Positions 39,197 through 49,470 are shown, counted from the first letter of the stretch. The stretch: DNA of 64,000 nucleotides from Candidatus Bathyarchaeia archaeon (GCA_050013255.1 JBEKFP010000001.1:896001-960000); one strand, 5' to 3'. Made by a program: numbers and translations. The notes: a model not told the origin generated them from the letters alone.

Positions 39197-40558
39197 ATGC
39201 CGAAAGCTATAGTGGACAAAGAGCATGCCGTATACTTGCCCCAGGATGAAATGCCAACTCACTGGTATAACATTCTAGCCGACCTGCCTGAACCGTTGCC
39301 TCCTCCGCTTGACCCCCGCACCCTCAAACCAATCTCCCCCGAGCCGCTGTTGAGGCTCTTCGCGAAGGAGTTGGTCATGCAAGAGGTTTCAGCTGAGAGG
39401 TTTATCAAAATCCCGGACGAAGTATACGACGCCTACCTTCGCCTCCCTCGCCCCACACCTTTGCTCAGAGCGAGACGACTTGAAAAGTACCTGAATACTC
39501 CTGCTCAAATTTACTACAAATGCGAATACGTAAACCCGACCGGCAGCCACAAACCCAACAGCGCGATCGCGCAAGCCTACTACAACATGGCCCAAGGCAC
39601 TCAACGGGTCGTAACGGAAACGGGAGCTGGGCAATGGGGTTCGGCACTGGCGATGGCGGCCGCGATTTTCGGAATGAAGTGCAGCGTCTACATGGTTCGC
39701 GCGAGCTACGACCAGAAACCTGGCCGGAGGATCATGATGGAAGCCTTCGGCGCCGATGTCACAGCCTCTCCCAGCAAGAAGACCAAGTTCGGCCAAAGCC
39801 TCCTCGAATCTGACCCGAACAACACTGGGTCACTTGGTATCGCCATAAGTGAGGCGCTTGAAGACTGTGTCACCCATGATGATACCAAATACTGCCTAGG
39901 CTCTGTACTGAACCACGTCCTCCTACACCAAACGATCATTGGCGAAGAATCAAAGAAGCAATTCGAAATGATTGACGTGCAACCAGACATAATTTGCGGC
40001 TGTATCGGTGGAGGTTCGAATTTCGCAGGCTTCGCCTACCCATTCATAGCGGATAAACTGAAAGGAAAATCAACTGCTGAATTCGTGGCCTGCGAACCCA
40101 AGGCCGTACCCTCCACAACCCGGGGGACTTACACTTACGATTTCGGTGACACGGCAGAAATGACTCCGTTGCTAAAGATGTACACGATCGGCCACAAGTA
40201 TAAGCCCCCACCAATCCACGCGGGCGGACTTCGATACCACGGCAAAGCACCATCCCTCAGCCTCCTCATCAACAAGGGTTACATTACGTCAGTCGCCTAC
40301 TCACAAAATGAGGTCTTCGAAGCAGCACGCATCCTTGCAAAGACCGAAGGCATGATAACCGCACCGGAGACCGCGCACAATGTCAAATACGCCATCGACG
40401 AGGCCATGCGTTGCAAGAAAACTGGTGAGAAGAAGATTATCACTTTCAACAACTGCGGCCACGGCCTACTTGACCTGCAAGCGTATGATGCGTACTTTAA
40501 CGGCAAGCTAGTTGACTTTGAGCCAACGAGCATCGAGGTTCCAAAGTTAGTCCAATAA
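39197..40558 (+). CDS. trpB2: TrpB2, stand-alone tryptophan synthase beta
   Basis: PTHWYNI, GSHKPN, TETGAGQWG, GGGSN, HAGGLRYHG. Confidence 0.95.
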   Translation: MPKAIVDKEHAVYLPQDEMPTHWYNILADLPEPLPPPLDPRTLKPISPEPLLRLFAKELVMQEVSAERFIKIPDEVYDAYLRLPRPTPLLRARRLEKYLNTPAQIYYKCEYVNPTGSHKPNSAIAQAYYNMAQGTQRVVTETGAGQWGSALAMAAAIFGMKCSVYMVRASYDQKPGRRIMMEAFGADVTASPSKKTKFGQSLLESDPNNTGSLGIAISEALEDCVTHDDTKYCLGSVLNHVLLHQTIIGEESKKQFEMIDVQPDIICGCIGGGSNFAGFAYPFIADKLKGKSTAEFVACEPKAVPSTTRGTYTYDFGDTAEMTPLLKMYTIGHKYKPPPIHAGGLRYHGKAPSLSLLINKGYITSVAYSQNEVFEAARILAKTEGMITAPETAHNVKYAIDEAMRCKKTGEKKIITFNNCGHGLLDLQAYDAYFNGKLVDFEPTSIEVPKLVQ

Positions 40559-40667
40559 TCCCGCACACCCTTTCCACGCTTCCCTCGCGGAGCTCCCGAA
40601 AACCTTTAGATGCCATCAAACTACAATGACTCGAGATTTTCCACCGCAACTTTGAAGGCCTCAAAAT

Positions 40668-41573
40668 ATGCTAGGCGACATCGATACCCTACTCGCCATA
40701 GGAATCGTTGCTGCGGTCTTCCTGAACGCGTTCACCAGCCTCTACGTTGTCCGGCGACTTCAACCCGGCCTAGCCCTCTCTAGGAGCGAAGAAGAGACGG
40801 GGGAAGATGAAGATGAAGAAAGTTCTGAACCAGGGATTCCCACAAAGGAGGAGATCCTCGCACGTAGGACGCAGTTGATTCGCGAACTGGAACAAGAGCG
40901 CGGTAGCAGGGTTCTAACCCTAATTCACCGAAAGGAACCCTGGAGCGCGAGCGATGACGACCCGGAAATAGTGCTTGAAGATTCAGAGGTCATCCTTCAG
41001 CAAGTTAGGGAAACACCGCGGGACAAACCAATCGATTTCATCATCCATACAGAGGGCGGGCTCGCCTTCGCCGCCGACCTGATAGCGATGGCCCTAAAGT
41101 ACCACCCCGCGAAGGTTACGGTAATGGTCCCCTTCTACGCCATGTCGGACGGCACGTACATCGTGCTGGCAGCCGACGAGATCATGATGGAGAAATGCAG
41201 CATTCTAGCCCCCTGCGAACCTATCGTAGATGATATGCAGGCCAATTTAGTTATGGGAATTCTGAAACGCAAACCTATTGAAACTATATCGGATGGAACA
41301 ATCTTGCTCGCGGAAGCCGCACGCATGGATACAGATAACGCGAGGCAATTCGTTAAGTGGCTTTTAGCTGATAAGATGGATGAGGATCAGTCAACTCAAG
41401 TGGCGGGCTTTCTCACAGGCGGATTCATGGCGAGTAGCACACCAATTACGCTAGATGTCGTCCGTGCAATAGGCCTCAACGTAGTTGAAGGCGTCCCCGA
41501 AAAGGTACTGCAACTCTTCGAAACCATCCAGTTCGGCGGCGGCAAAGTAAACCTCGGCAAACAATACCGTTGA
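40668..41573 (+). CDS. ClpP-class SDH (DUF114) protease homolog, probably inactive
   Basis: HTEGG, AMSDG, APCEP, MASSTPI; N-terminal TM helix and acidic linker. Confidence 0.8.
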   Translation: MLGDIDTLLAIGIVAAVFLNAFTSLYVVRRLQPGLALSRSEEETGEDEDEESSEPGIPTKEEILARRTQLIRELEQERGSRVLTLIHRKEPWSASDDDPEIVLEDSEVILQQVRETPRDKPIDFIIHTEGGLAFAADLIAMALKYHPAKVTVMVPFYAMSDGTYIVLAADEIMMEKCSILAPCEPIVDDMQANLVMGILKRKPIETISDGTILLAEAARMDTDNARQFVKWLLADKMDEDQSTQVAGFLTGGFMASSTPITLDVVRAIGLNVVEGVPEKVLQLFETIQFGGGKVNLGKQYR

Positions 41574-41585
41574 AGTGAAATTTGG

Positions 41586-42512
41586 TTGGATGCTTCAGAA
41601 CTCCTCCTGGGGGTTGGATTGATTGCCGTTTCAGCCCTCAACTCTTTTGCAATCATTTACTTGGTGCACCAAAGAAAGACTGGTTCTGGGACGAGGGAAC
41701 ACGTGAAAGAGGACGAGGAAGGAGACACTGACGAGGGGGAGGGGCAACCTGAAGCGGCGCCCGGGACTGAACGACCAACCACCAAAGCAGGGATTCTTGC
41801 CTGGCGGCAGAGTATCATCGAAGGCCTAGAACGCGAGCGGGGAACGAAGGTCATCACGATGATTCACAAGAAAGAACTGTGGACTGAGCCCGGGGAGGAC
41901 CCTGAAATTGGGATAGAGGATACCGTGAAAGTGTTGATGGAGATTCAGAAGACACCTAAAGACAAGCCAATTGACATGATCATCCATACGCCTGGGGGAT
42001 ATGCGGTCGCTGCCCAAATGATGGCGATGGCCATCAAATTTCACCCCGCCAAAGTCACGGTCATGGTTCCGTTCTACGCGATGTCCGGCGGTTCACTCAT
42101 GAGCCTGGCGGCTGGCGAAATTCGCATGGAAAAATACAGCGTACTAGGGCCGGTGGATCCTCAGATTCCAACGCCTAGCGGCATGCATCCCGCAGGCGCC
42201 TTAGCCACTCTCATTAAGACGAAACCGATTCAAACTATCAGTGACAAGATGGTCATCTTGGCTGAGGCTGGAAACCTAGAGATAGAGAATGCCAAAGCTT
42301 TCGTAATATGGCTTCTAGAAGGCAAAATGGACAAACAGCAAGCTGAGAGTGTCGCAGATTTCCTAGCCCGCGGATACATGGCCCACGCAACACCGATCAC
42401 TCTTGATGTGGCACGCTCGTTAGGACTGAACGTGGTTGAAGGTGTACCTGACAAGGTCTATGAATTGTTCAAGACCTTCGCGTTCACTGGCCAATCATAC
42501 AAAGGCCATTGA
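41586..42512 (+). CDS. ClpP-class SDH (DUF114) serine protease, intact triad
   Basis: HTPGG, AMSGG, GPVDP, AHATPI; N-terminal TM helix and acidic linker. Confidence 0.87.
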   Translation: MDASELLLGVGLIAVSALNSFAIIYLVHQRKTGSGTREHVKEDEEGDTDEGEGQPEAAPGTERPTTKAGILAWRQSIIEGLERERGTKVITMIHKKELWTEPGEDPEIGIEDTVKVLMEIQKTPKDKPIDMIIHTPGGYAVAAQMMAMAIKFHPAKVTVMVPFYAMSGGSLMSLAAGEIRMEKYSVLGPVDPQIPTPSGMHPAGALATLIKTKPIQTISDKMVILAEAGNLEIENAKAFVIWLLEGKMDKQQAESVADFLARGYMAHATPITLDVARSLGLNVVEGVPDKVYELFKTFAFTGQSYKGH

Positions 42513-42592
42513 TTTCCGGAAATGCGGTTAAGACTTACCGCTTAAGAGATTCCTCATCACCAAAGCTAATGTAACGATGGAGAAGATGCCAA

Positions 42593-42826
42593 ATGAAACA
42601 TGTTGAACCTAGCGCAATCCCGAAAGAAATCGCTCTAAATCTTTGTACGCAGATTTCCAAAGAGAACGGAGGCAAATGGTACGGCTGGGCAGCATGGCGG
42701 TGCAAAGGCTGCGTCAAATGGAGTAGAGGAGATGAGGGGATGCTATACTTCAACACCCGCCTTGGCCTTAGGGGCTGTGACCTCGTCAACTCGCGATACG
42801 CGATGATGAGCGAGAAAACGAACTAG
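42593..42826 (+). CDS. Small Cys-containing hypothetical protein
   Basis: LC...CKGC...RGC..VN.RY; GGAG upstream. Confidence 0.6.
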   Translation: MKHVEPSAIPKEIALNLCTQISKENGGKWYGWAAWRCKGCVKWSRGDEGMLYFNTRLGLRGCDLVNSRYAMMSEKTN

Positions 42827-42841
42827 TCTACGCGTCAAGCG

Positions 42842-43168
42842 TTAGGAAGCCATCTTCCCTATTATCTTCCTTAGATCAGAGCGACTCCGTACGCCTCTCA
42901 AACGTTCCCACTCCTTTCCATTCCTGATCAGGACCAGTGTGGGAACGCTTTTGATGTTGAATTGGGACGCCAAATCCCGGTTATTCTCAATATCCACTTT
43001 CGCAAAGACGACCTGGTCCTCGAACTCCTTAGCAAGAGCCCTCAGTATCGGAGCCATAACATGACACGGCCCGCACCAACCCGCCCAGAAATCAACAACA
43101 ACAGGTTTTCCGCTCCGCAATAGATCCCGCAGGTTCCCTATCGTGGCCTGTACAATCCGTCCCCCCAT
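42842..43168 (-). CDS. trxA: Thioredoxin
   Basis: VDFWAGWCGPC, SVPT. Confidence 0.93.
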   Translation of the reverse strand: MGGRIVQATIGNLRDLLRSGKPVVVDFWAGWCGPCHVMAPILRALAKEFEDQVVFAKVDIENNRDLASQFNIKSVPTLVLIRNGKEWERLRGVRSRSDLRKIIGKMAS

Positions 43169-43207
43169 ACTACAACCCTACACACTGGCCCTGATTTCTC
43201 AAACGGC

Positions 43208-43615
43208 TCAGGATGATTTTCGGGAAGCAGTGTATTCATGCTCTTCCCACATGTCGTACGCTGTTGCAACCGAAGCTGCTTGAGTGATTATTGCCAATGC
43301 TACTACGATGTGAAAGAAGGAAATCACTGATACTAGGGGAATGCTCACGCTGAGTCTTAGGTTCGCATAGAGAATGATGCCTAAGATTATTTGGAACGTT
43401 GCTAGGACAGCGGTCGATTTGACAATGCGCTTAAGCCTGTTGGGAGCAGCCGTCTTTTTGATCAGCGCGTTGTCGTAGTGTGCTAACGCTAAGATTGCTA
43501 GGCCAAGTGCCACGTGTGCGTCGACGAGGTATATTGTGAAGCGTGGAAGGGTTATGATGATTATCTGAAGGAAAGCAAGCCAAACCATTGCGTAGAGCTG
43601 TTTCCATACACTCAT
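43208..43615 (-). CDS. 4-TM membrane protein with intramembrane histidines
   Basis: DAHVALG, LAHY, FFHIVV. Confidence 0.7.
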   Translation of the reverse strand: MSVWKQLYAMVWLAFLQIIIITLPRFTIYLVDAHVALGLAILALAHYDNALIKKTAAPNRLKRIVKSTAVLATFQIILGIILYANLRLSVSIPLVSVISFFHIVVALAIITQAASVATAYDMWEEHEYTASRKSS

Positions 43616-43832
43616 TTTCTATTCCACGCGTTCACGCGCTACTGTCGCTTCTAAAGGGTTCCCCTCATTCTCAGCGCCTGAGTGATGTGAATGAGACGCT
43701 GTTTGCTTAGGTTAATGGACTCCTGGCCTGGAACTTTGGCGCACCCGCTCGGGGCGCTAATTCCACTTGGTGGAAAAATGGTTCAAGAATTCATATGGGA
43801 TGTTTGTGATGGGTAGGTTTGATGTGATTATA

Positions 43833-44219
43833 TTGTCGGGAACACCAGTCTTGAAGAATGGTTTCTTGGATTTGGCTGCAGCACTTTTCGTTATAGGGGG
43901 AGTTATCAGCCTTATCGTTAGCATCTTTGCGCTCCCAATATTCAGCATCTACCCGTTAATTCTTGTTCCGTTCGGGTTGGTTTTCGCGGTGCTGTTCGTT
44001 GTGGGCCTAATCTGTTCCTTGGTGGCTGTTCATTGCTACAGCCTCACCACGAAACGCTTTCTCTCTCAGGCGGGGATGAGAGGAGTAATTTCCGGCGCGA
44101 TTCTGCTAACCCTGAGTCTGGGCCTAATCGGAATGACACATGAGCTGACAACTCAGATTGGGGCAGTGAGTGCGATAATGATTCTGATTGCGGGAGCCGT
44201 TTGTTTCGTGTTACGCTAG
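43833..44219 (+). CDS. 4-TM hypothetical membrane protein (paralog of 32476..32937)
   Basis: GFLDLAAALFVIGGV, ICSLVAVHCYSL; TTG 43833 chosen by alignment to the paralog. Confidence 0.72.
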   Translation: MSGTPVLKNGFLDLAAALFVIGGVISLIVSIFALPIFSIYPLILVPFGLVFAVLFVVGLICSLVAVHCYSLTTKRFLSQAGMRGVISGAILLTLSLGLIGMTHELTTQIGAVSAIMILIAGAVCFVLR

Positions 44220-44341
44220 CAGAATTATCTCTAAATTTAGGCGCCGCACGAAAACCAGTTTGTGCGAATATACTCTACAGGCAGTAAAAGCGCACTGCAT
44301 AAGTCGCAAAGGCCTCATGGGGGTGCATCGGTGTTCACTCC

Positions 44342-45205
44342 ATGGAATTCACCTCGAAGGAATTACAGCCAGTACTGAATGAGATGCTCGTTCACGCCAC
44401 AACCCAGCTTCCAGCGGACATCCTGGCCGCAATCAAAGAGGCACATGCTCACGAGACTAAAGACCTAGCCAAGAAACAGCTTGAAGCTATACTCACTAGT
44501 TCTAGCCTAAGTGACGAGAAAGGGCTTCCCTTGTGCCAAGACACGGGACTCGTAACCCTCTTCGTGTCCGGCGAGCTAATCAACCACCTCGACGCTGTTG
44601 AGAAAGCACTCGCCCAAACAGTCCAGGGTTTGACAGCAAAGAGCGCAATGAGGGCGAACGTCGTTCATCCTCTCACACGCAAGAATACTGGGACAAACAC
44701 AGGATTGAGCGAGCCCGAGGTTCTAATCGACAAGTCGACAAACAAGACGTCAATGAAGTTAATTTTGAAAGGCGCCGGTTCAGAGAATTTTACCAACCTC
44801 AAAATGATGGTTCCAACCGCAAGTAGACAGGACATGCTCAAGCATATCCTTCAGGTCGTCATCGAGGCGGGAGGAAAAACGTGCCCACCAAACATTCTTG
44901 GAATAGGGATCGGAGGTTCTGCGGTCCAGGCCACGTTCAACTCGAAGCGAGCCCTACTGAGGGAGATCGGCTCGCGGCACCCTGACCCAGAAGTTGCCCA
45001 ATTCGAGACCTCAATACTGAAGGCAGCGAACGAGCTTGGAATCGGAACAATGGGGCTAGGGGGAGACACGACGATGCTCGACGTTCACATTGAAACGGCT
45101 GGCACACATACCGCATGTTTGCCTATAGCGATCTCATTTGGTTGTTGGGCGAATAGAGTGGCCGTTGCGGAACTGAAAGGAGAACGCTTCAGGATGGTAA
45201 GGTGA
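44342..45205 (+). CDS. Fe-S fumarate hydratase / tartrate dehydratase alpha subunit
   Basis: PLCQDTG, KGAGSEN, CPP, GLGG, HTACLP, CWANR. Confidence 0.92.
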   Translation: MEFTSKELQPVLNEMLVHATTQLPADILAAIKEAHAHETKDLAKKQLEAILTSSSLSDEKGLPLCQDTGLVTLFVSGELINHLDAVEKALAQTVQGLTAKSAMRANVVHPLTRKNTGTNTGLSEPEVLIDKSTNKTSMKLILKGAGSENFTNLKMMVPTASRQDMLKHILQVVIEAGGKTCPPNILGIGIGGSAVQATFNSKRALLREIGSRHPDPEVAQFETSILKAANELGIGTMGLGGDTTMLDVHIETAGTHTACLPIAISFGCWANRVAVAELKGERFRMVR

Positions 45206-45212
45206 CCTGGAT

Positions 45213-45791
45213 ATGGCTGAATTCAAACTGAACGTTCCGAAAGACAACGTACGGGTAACGGAGGTTCGCGTAGGCGACGTCCTCTACGTGACGGGCGATA
45301 TAGCCGTCGCCCGAGACCAAGCACACAAGAAACTTCTTGAGACATTTGTCCCAGAATTAGTTGGTCTGCCGATATTTCACTGCGGCCCAATCGCCCGCAA
45401 GGTTGGCGAGGAATGGAGAATCGTGGCAGGCGGACCTACAACGAGCACTAGAATGGACGCGCTTACGCCCCCGGTCCTTGAGAAGTATGGGACGAAGGTG
45501 ATCATCGGCAAAGGCGGCTTGGGGGAAACTGGCAAGAAGGGCCTCGCCAATTTTGGCGCGGTATACTCTGAGTTCACGGGTGGCGCCTCCGCACTAGCCG
45601 TGTCGAAGATTGTCCGCGTGAAGAAGAGGCTTCTCGAAGAGCTAGGGCCTACGGAACTTGTCTGGATCTGGGAAGTGAAAGATTTCGGACCACTTCTAGT
45701 GACACAGGATCATCAAGGTGGCGATATCAAGAAGGTCGTTACGACGCAAGCGACCTCGAAGCTTGATGCGATAGTAAAAACGTACGCCTAA
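45213..45791 (+). CDS. Fe-S fumarate hydratase / tartrate dehydratase beta subunit
   Basis: ARDQAH, HCGP, GPTTSTRM, IGKGG. Confidence 0.92.
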   Translation: MAEFKLNVPKDNVRVTEVRVGDVLYVTGDIAVARDQAHKKLLETFVPELVGLPIFHCGPIARKVGEEWRIVAGGPTTSTRMDALTPPVLEKYGTKVIIGKGGLGETGKKGLANFGAVYSEFTGGASALAVSKIVRVKKRLLEELGPTELVWIWEVKDFGPLLVTQDHQGGDIKKVVTTQATSKLDAIVKTYA

Positions 45792-45827
45792 GTTCGAACA
45801 GAGCAGCTAACCGAGTCCGCTCCGTTT

Positions 45828-46196
45828 TCACTGTCCAGCACGTCCAGTAACATCGTCCTTTGAAGGACGCTGCGTTGGATTAGGTTCGGCTGACATTGTG
45901 AGGCGTTTGCCGTAATCCGTTTCGAGCGAGAGGCTGTCGTCAGCGAAATCTATGGCGTCTATGGTAATTTGCTCGGCCTTCAAACTTCTTTCGAGTACGG
46001 GGTTTACGAATATTCGTAGTCCATCGATCTCTGCCAAGAGAGAAACTCTCCAGCTGGGCTTGCTTTCTCTCAGCATAACATTGCTATTCGAGCAGCAGCT
46101 TGTATCGTCGGGCAAAAGGACGAGGCTTCTATGTTCCTTTGAAATAGTTTGCAGAAGCGCTGCGGCGGTTGGGGTTAAGCGCACACCGGGTTGCAT
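45828..46196 (-). CDS. DUF779-like (HesB/IscA-related) protein
   Basis: SCC motif, SLETDYGKRL; directly downstream of the aldehyde dehydrogenase. Confidence 0.6.
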   Translation of the reverse strand: MQPGVRLTPTAAALLQTISKEHRSLVLLPDDTSCCSNSNVMLRESKPSWRVSLLAEIDGLRIFVNPVLERSLKAEQITIDAIDFADDSLSLETDYGKRLTMSAEPNPTQRPSKDDVTGRAGQ

Positions 46197-46199
46197 TGC

Positions 46200-47711
46200 T
46201 TATTGTGGGCCGTATACGGTGTAATGCCATGGTTTCCTAACGTCGCCGCTCAGGTCGATGTAAACGTGTTTCACGTCGGTGTAATCATCAAAGGTGTAGA
46301 GGCTCATGTCTTTGCCGAACCCGCTCTGTTTGTACCCGCCGTGTGGCATCTCGCTGACGAGGGGTAGGTGATCGTTTATCCAAACGCAGCCAAAGTGGAG
46401 TTCAGCGGCCGCTTTCATGGCCTTGAAGATGTCTTTCGTCCAGACCGAGCTCGCCAAACCGTAGATGATGTCGTTCGATTTCTCAATCGCCTCGCTCATC
46501 GTCTTAAATGGCAGTGCGGTGAGAACGGGCCCGAATATTTCCTGCTGAACGATTCGCATGTCTTGCTTCGCGTCGGCGAAGAGGGTTGGCTCGTAATAGA
46601 AGCCCTTGCTGTTAGGGGTGGGTAAGCTTGGACGTTTTCCGCCTATGAGGAGTTTCGCGCCCTCTTTAACCCCGCTTGCAACCATGTCTTCGACTTTTCG
46701 CCTCTGGGCCTCGGAGATTAGTGGGCCGAGGTCGGTTTCACGTTTTGTTGTGTCGCCAAGTTTGATTTTCTTGACCCGTTCAACGACCAGGTTGAGGAAT
46801 TTCTGGTAGACGCTTTCCTGAACGTATAACCTCGTGGCCGCAGTGCAATCTTGGCCGCTGTTCACGTAACCCCCCACAACCGCTCCTTCCGCGGCGGCTT
46901 CGAGGTCTGCGTCTTCGAAGACGATGAAGGGTGCCTTCCCCCCTAATTCTAATTGCACTCGCTTCACGGTGCCCGATGCGAGTTCCATTATTCGCCGGCC
47001 AGTTAGCGTATCACCAGTTAGGCCGACAATATCGACGCCGGGGTGTGTGACCAATGCTTCGCCGAGTGTCGCCCCTGGGCCGGTAACAACGTTCACAACT
47101 CCTTTCGGAAACCCTGCCTTCTCAGTTAGCTTCCCGAACTCCAGCGTGGTGAGCGGCGTGACACTAGCCGGCTTTATTACAACCGTGTTCCCGGCTGCGA
47201 GCGGCGGAACAGCCTTCCACGCAAGCATCATGAACGGGTAATTCCATGGCGTAATTGTAGCGACGACGCCGACTGGTTCGCGTCTGATAATGCTGGTAGC
47301 GACCGCGTTGTACTCCGTGCTCGCCTTGCCCTCGAGGCACCTGGCGGCACCGGCGAAGAAGCGGATGTTGTCAATTGCGAAAGGGAAGTCGCCATCGCGG
47401 CTAAGCTTGATAGGTTTGCCCTGCTGCTGGGTTTCGAGAAGCGCGAGACGGTCAACTTCCTTTTCGATTACGTCAGCTAATTTCATAATGAGGCCAGCGC
47501 GCTCCGCTGGGGCCATCCGGGGCCACCGGCCTTTATCGAACGCCTCACGCGCGGCATCCACAGCCCTCGCCGCGTCCTTCGCGTCGCCCTTCGGAACTTT
47601 AGCGATAACTTCAGTTGTGGCTGGGTTGATCACATCATAAGTGGCTCCACTTTCTGAAGAAACCCATTCGCCGTCAACGAACATTTTGTAAGGTTGAACT
47701 GTTACTTCCAA
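46200..47711 (-). CDS. NAD-dependent aldehyde dehydrogenase (aminobutyraldehyde/betaine aldehyde-like)
   Basis: PWNYP, KPAS, ELGGKAP, GQDC, EIFGP, EMPHGGYKQSG. Confidence 0.93.
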   Translation of the reverse strand: MEVTVQPYKMFVDGEWVSSESGATYDVINPATTEVIAKVPKGDAKDAARAVDAAREAFDKGRWPRMAPAERAGLIMKLADVIEKEVDRLALLETQQQGKPIKLSRDGDFPFAIDNIRFFAGAARCLEGKASTEYNAVATSIIRREPVGVVATITPWNYPFMMLAWKAVPPLAAGNTVVIKPASVTPLTTLEFGKLTEKAGFPKGVVNVVTGPGATLGEALVTHPGVDIVGLTGDTLTGRRIMELASGTVKRVQLELGGKAPFIVFEDADLEAAAEGAVVGGYVNSGQDCTAATRLYVQESVYQKFLNLVVERVKKIKLGDTTKRETDLGPLISEAQRRKVEDMVASGVKEGAKLLIGGKRPSLPTPNSKGFYYEPTLFADAKQDMRIVQQEIFGPVLTALPFKTMSEAIEKSNDIIYGLASSVWTKDIFKAMKAAAELHFGCVWINDHLPLVSEMPHGGYKQSGFGKDMSLYTFDDYTDVKHVYIDLSGDVRKPWHYTVYGPQ

Positions 47712-47829
47712 AAGCTGACCCGCTATGTATTCGTTTCATTATTCATAAAGCCCTTCCGTTCCTGCCGGCCGGTTTCAAAAGAAACGTTGCCAAGTCTAAT
47801 ATAGTCATAGAGGACCCTCCACGGGGTTT

Positions 47830-49446
47830 ATGAAAAGTACACAGGTCTTCGCAAGAAAATCTTCCGGCCTCATCAGAGTTATGTCACCATACTCCGCTTT
47901 CGCATACAACGTGTTGAACATCGGCGTGATCTTTCCCTGGGTCTACCTTTTGACTTTGGGACTTTGGCCTGACGCCAACGTTCCACTGGGCATCTTGATA
48001 ACTGGGATTTTCACGACTTTCCTTGCTGTTGCTTACGCTGGCCTCGCAGCGGCGATGCCTCGCACTGGAGGCGATTATGTCTTCCAAAGCCGCACGCTCA
48101 AACCATTCATAGGCTTCGCAATAGTAGCAACAATGATTGTCACATTCTTCCTTCAATGGCAAGCGCTTGGGGGTTGGCTAACTGCAATTCTCGGCTTCGC
48201 GCCGCTATTCACAGGCCTAGGATTGACGATGAACAGCGCTTTACTGCTCAATCTGGGCATCTGGTTCACAACACCCATTGGAATTTGGGTAACCACAGCG
48301 GCTGCATCAACATTCGCTGCATTGATCCTCATCAAAAGCTTCCGATGGTTCGTAATGGCACAGTGGGTCATGTGGTACGGATTCCTTCTCAGCTTCGTGA
48401 TCATGATCGCCCTCTTCGCCTTGACGCCAACCAGCGTTTTCATTACACGCTTCAACAGTGCAATGGCGATTCTCTCGCCCGGCACACCTGATTACTACCA
48501 CTACGTGCTGACGGCAGCGACGCAGAACGGCTTTACACCTGTTAGCGGCTTCTCTTGGGCCTCAACGCTCTTCGTTCTGCCCGTAGCGCTCACAAGCTTA
48601 GGATGGGTGGGCTACGCGCAAGAACAAGCAGGCGAAATCCAAGGAGCTTCAAGCCTCAAGAACCAGCTATTCATCAACGTTGGCGGTGGCCTCTTCAGCA
48701 CAGCGTTGATGATGATCCTCGCATACACATTCATCAACACAGTTGGGCAGGGATGGCTCGCAGCAGCTGCGTACGGTAACTTCCTCACAGGAACTGTCAG
48801 CATGCCAATCCCACCCTGGTTCAGCAACCTCGCGGCCGTACTAACCGACAACCCATTGCTAGTCTTCCTAATGATCATAGGAATACTGCTGAACGCGGTA
48901 CAAGTGGTATTCAACGTCATCGTCGGGTGGACTAGAGTTGCAGTGGCCATGTCGATCGACGGCGCCCTACCAAAATTCGTCAGCAGGGTCAACGAACGCA
49001 CCCACACCCCAGTTGTCGCCCACGTTATCTTCCTAATCTTAGGAGGGTTCGTGATGAGCTACGTTTACAATTTCGTCCCAGGTTACATAAGCCTCACGCT
49101 AGCAGTCACTGCAGTAGCGACAGTTTTCTACATCGGCACAGCCTTCGGTGGTGCGATATTCCCCTGGAGTAGGAAAGAAGTCTACGAGAGTTCACCAATC
49201 GCAAAGTACAAAGTAGGTAGCATCCCGGTGATTACGATCTGTGGCCTGATAGCCACCGTCTTCAGCATCTGGATGCTCTACTACTACCTAACAATACCAG
49301 GCCTCGGAGTCGCCAGCCTAACTTCAGAAGTCATCATGCTTGTAATATTCCTAGGGTGGATCGGCTTCTTCTTCCTTAGGCGCTGGTGGCTGAAAAGGGT
49401 CGGAATCAACTTAGACCTAGCATACAAAGAAGTGCCCCCAATCTAG
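47830..49446 (+). CDS. APC family amino acid/amine permease
   Basis: F.RKSSGLIR, AMPRTGGDY, AGEI; about 12-14 TM helices. Confidence 0.88.
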   Translation: MKSTQVFARKSSGLIRVMSPYSAFAYNVLNIGVIFPWVYLLTLGLWPDANVPLGILITGIFTTFLAVAYAGLAAAMPRTGGDYVFQSRTLKPFIGFAIVATMIVTFFLQWQALGGWLTAILGFAPLFTGLGLTMNSALLLNLGIWFTTPIGIWVTTAAASTFAALILIKSFRWFVMAQWVMWYGFLLSFVIMIALFALTPTSVFITRFNSAMAILSPGTPDYYHYVLTAATQNGFTPVSGFSWASTLFVLPVALTSLGWVGYAQEQAGEIQGASSLKNQLFINVGGGLFSTALMMILAYTFINTVGQGWLAAAAYGNFLTGTVSMPIPPWFSNLAAVLTDNPLLVFLMIIGILLNAVQVVFNVIVGWTRVAVAMSIDGALPKFVSRVNERTHTPVVAHVIFLILGGFVMSYVYNFVPGYISLTLAVTAVATVFYIGTAFGGAIFPWSRKEVYESSPIAKYKVGSIPVITICGLIATVFSIWMLYYYLTIPGLGVASLTSEVIMLVIFLGWIGFFFLRRWWLKRVGINLDLAYKEVPPI

Positions 49447-49470
49447 GGGCGCTCCCTCTTTCTTTTCTTT

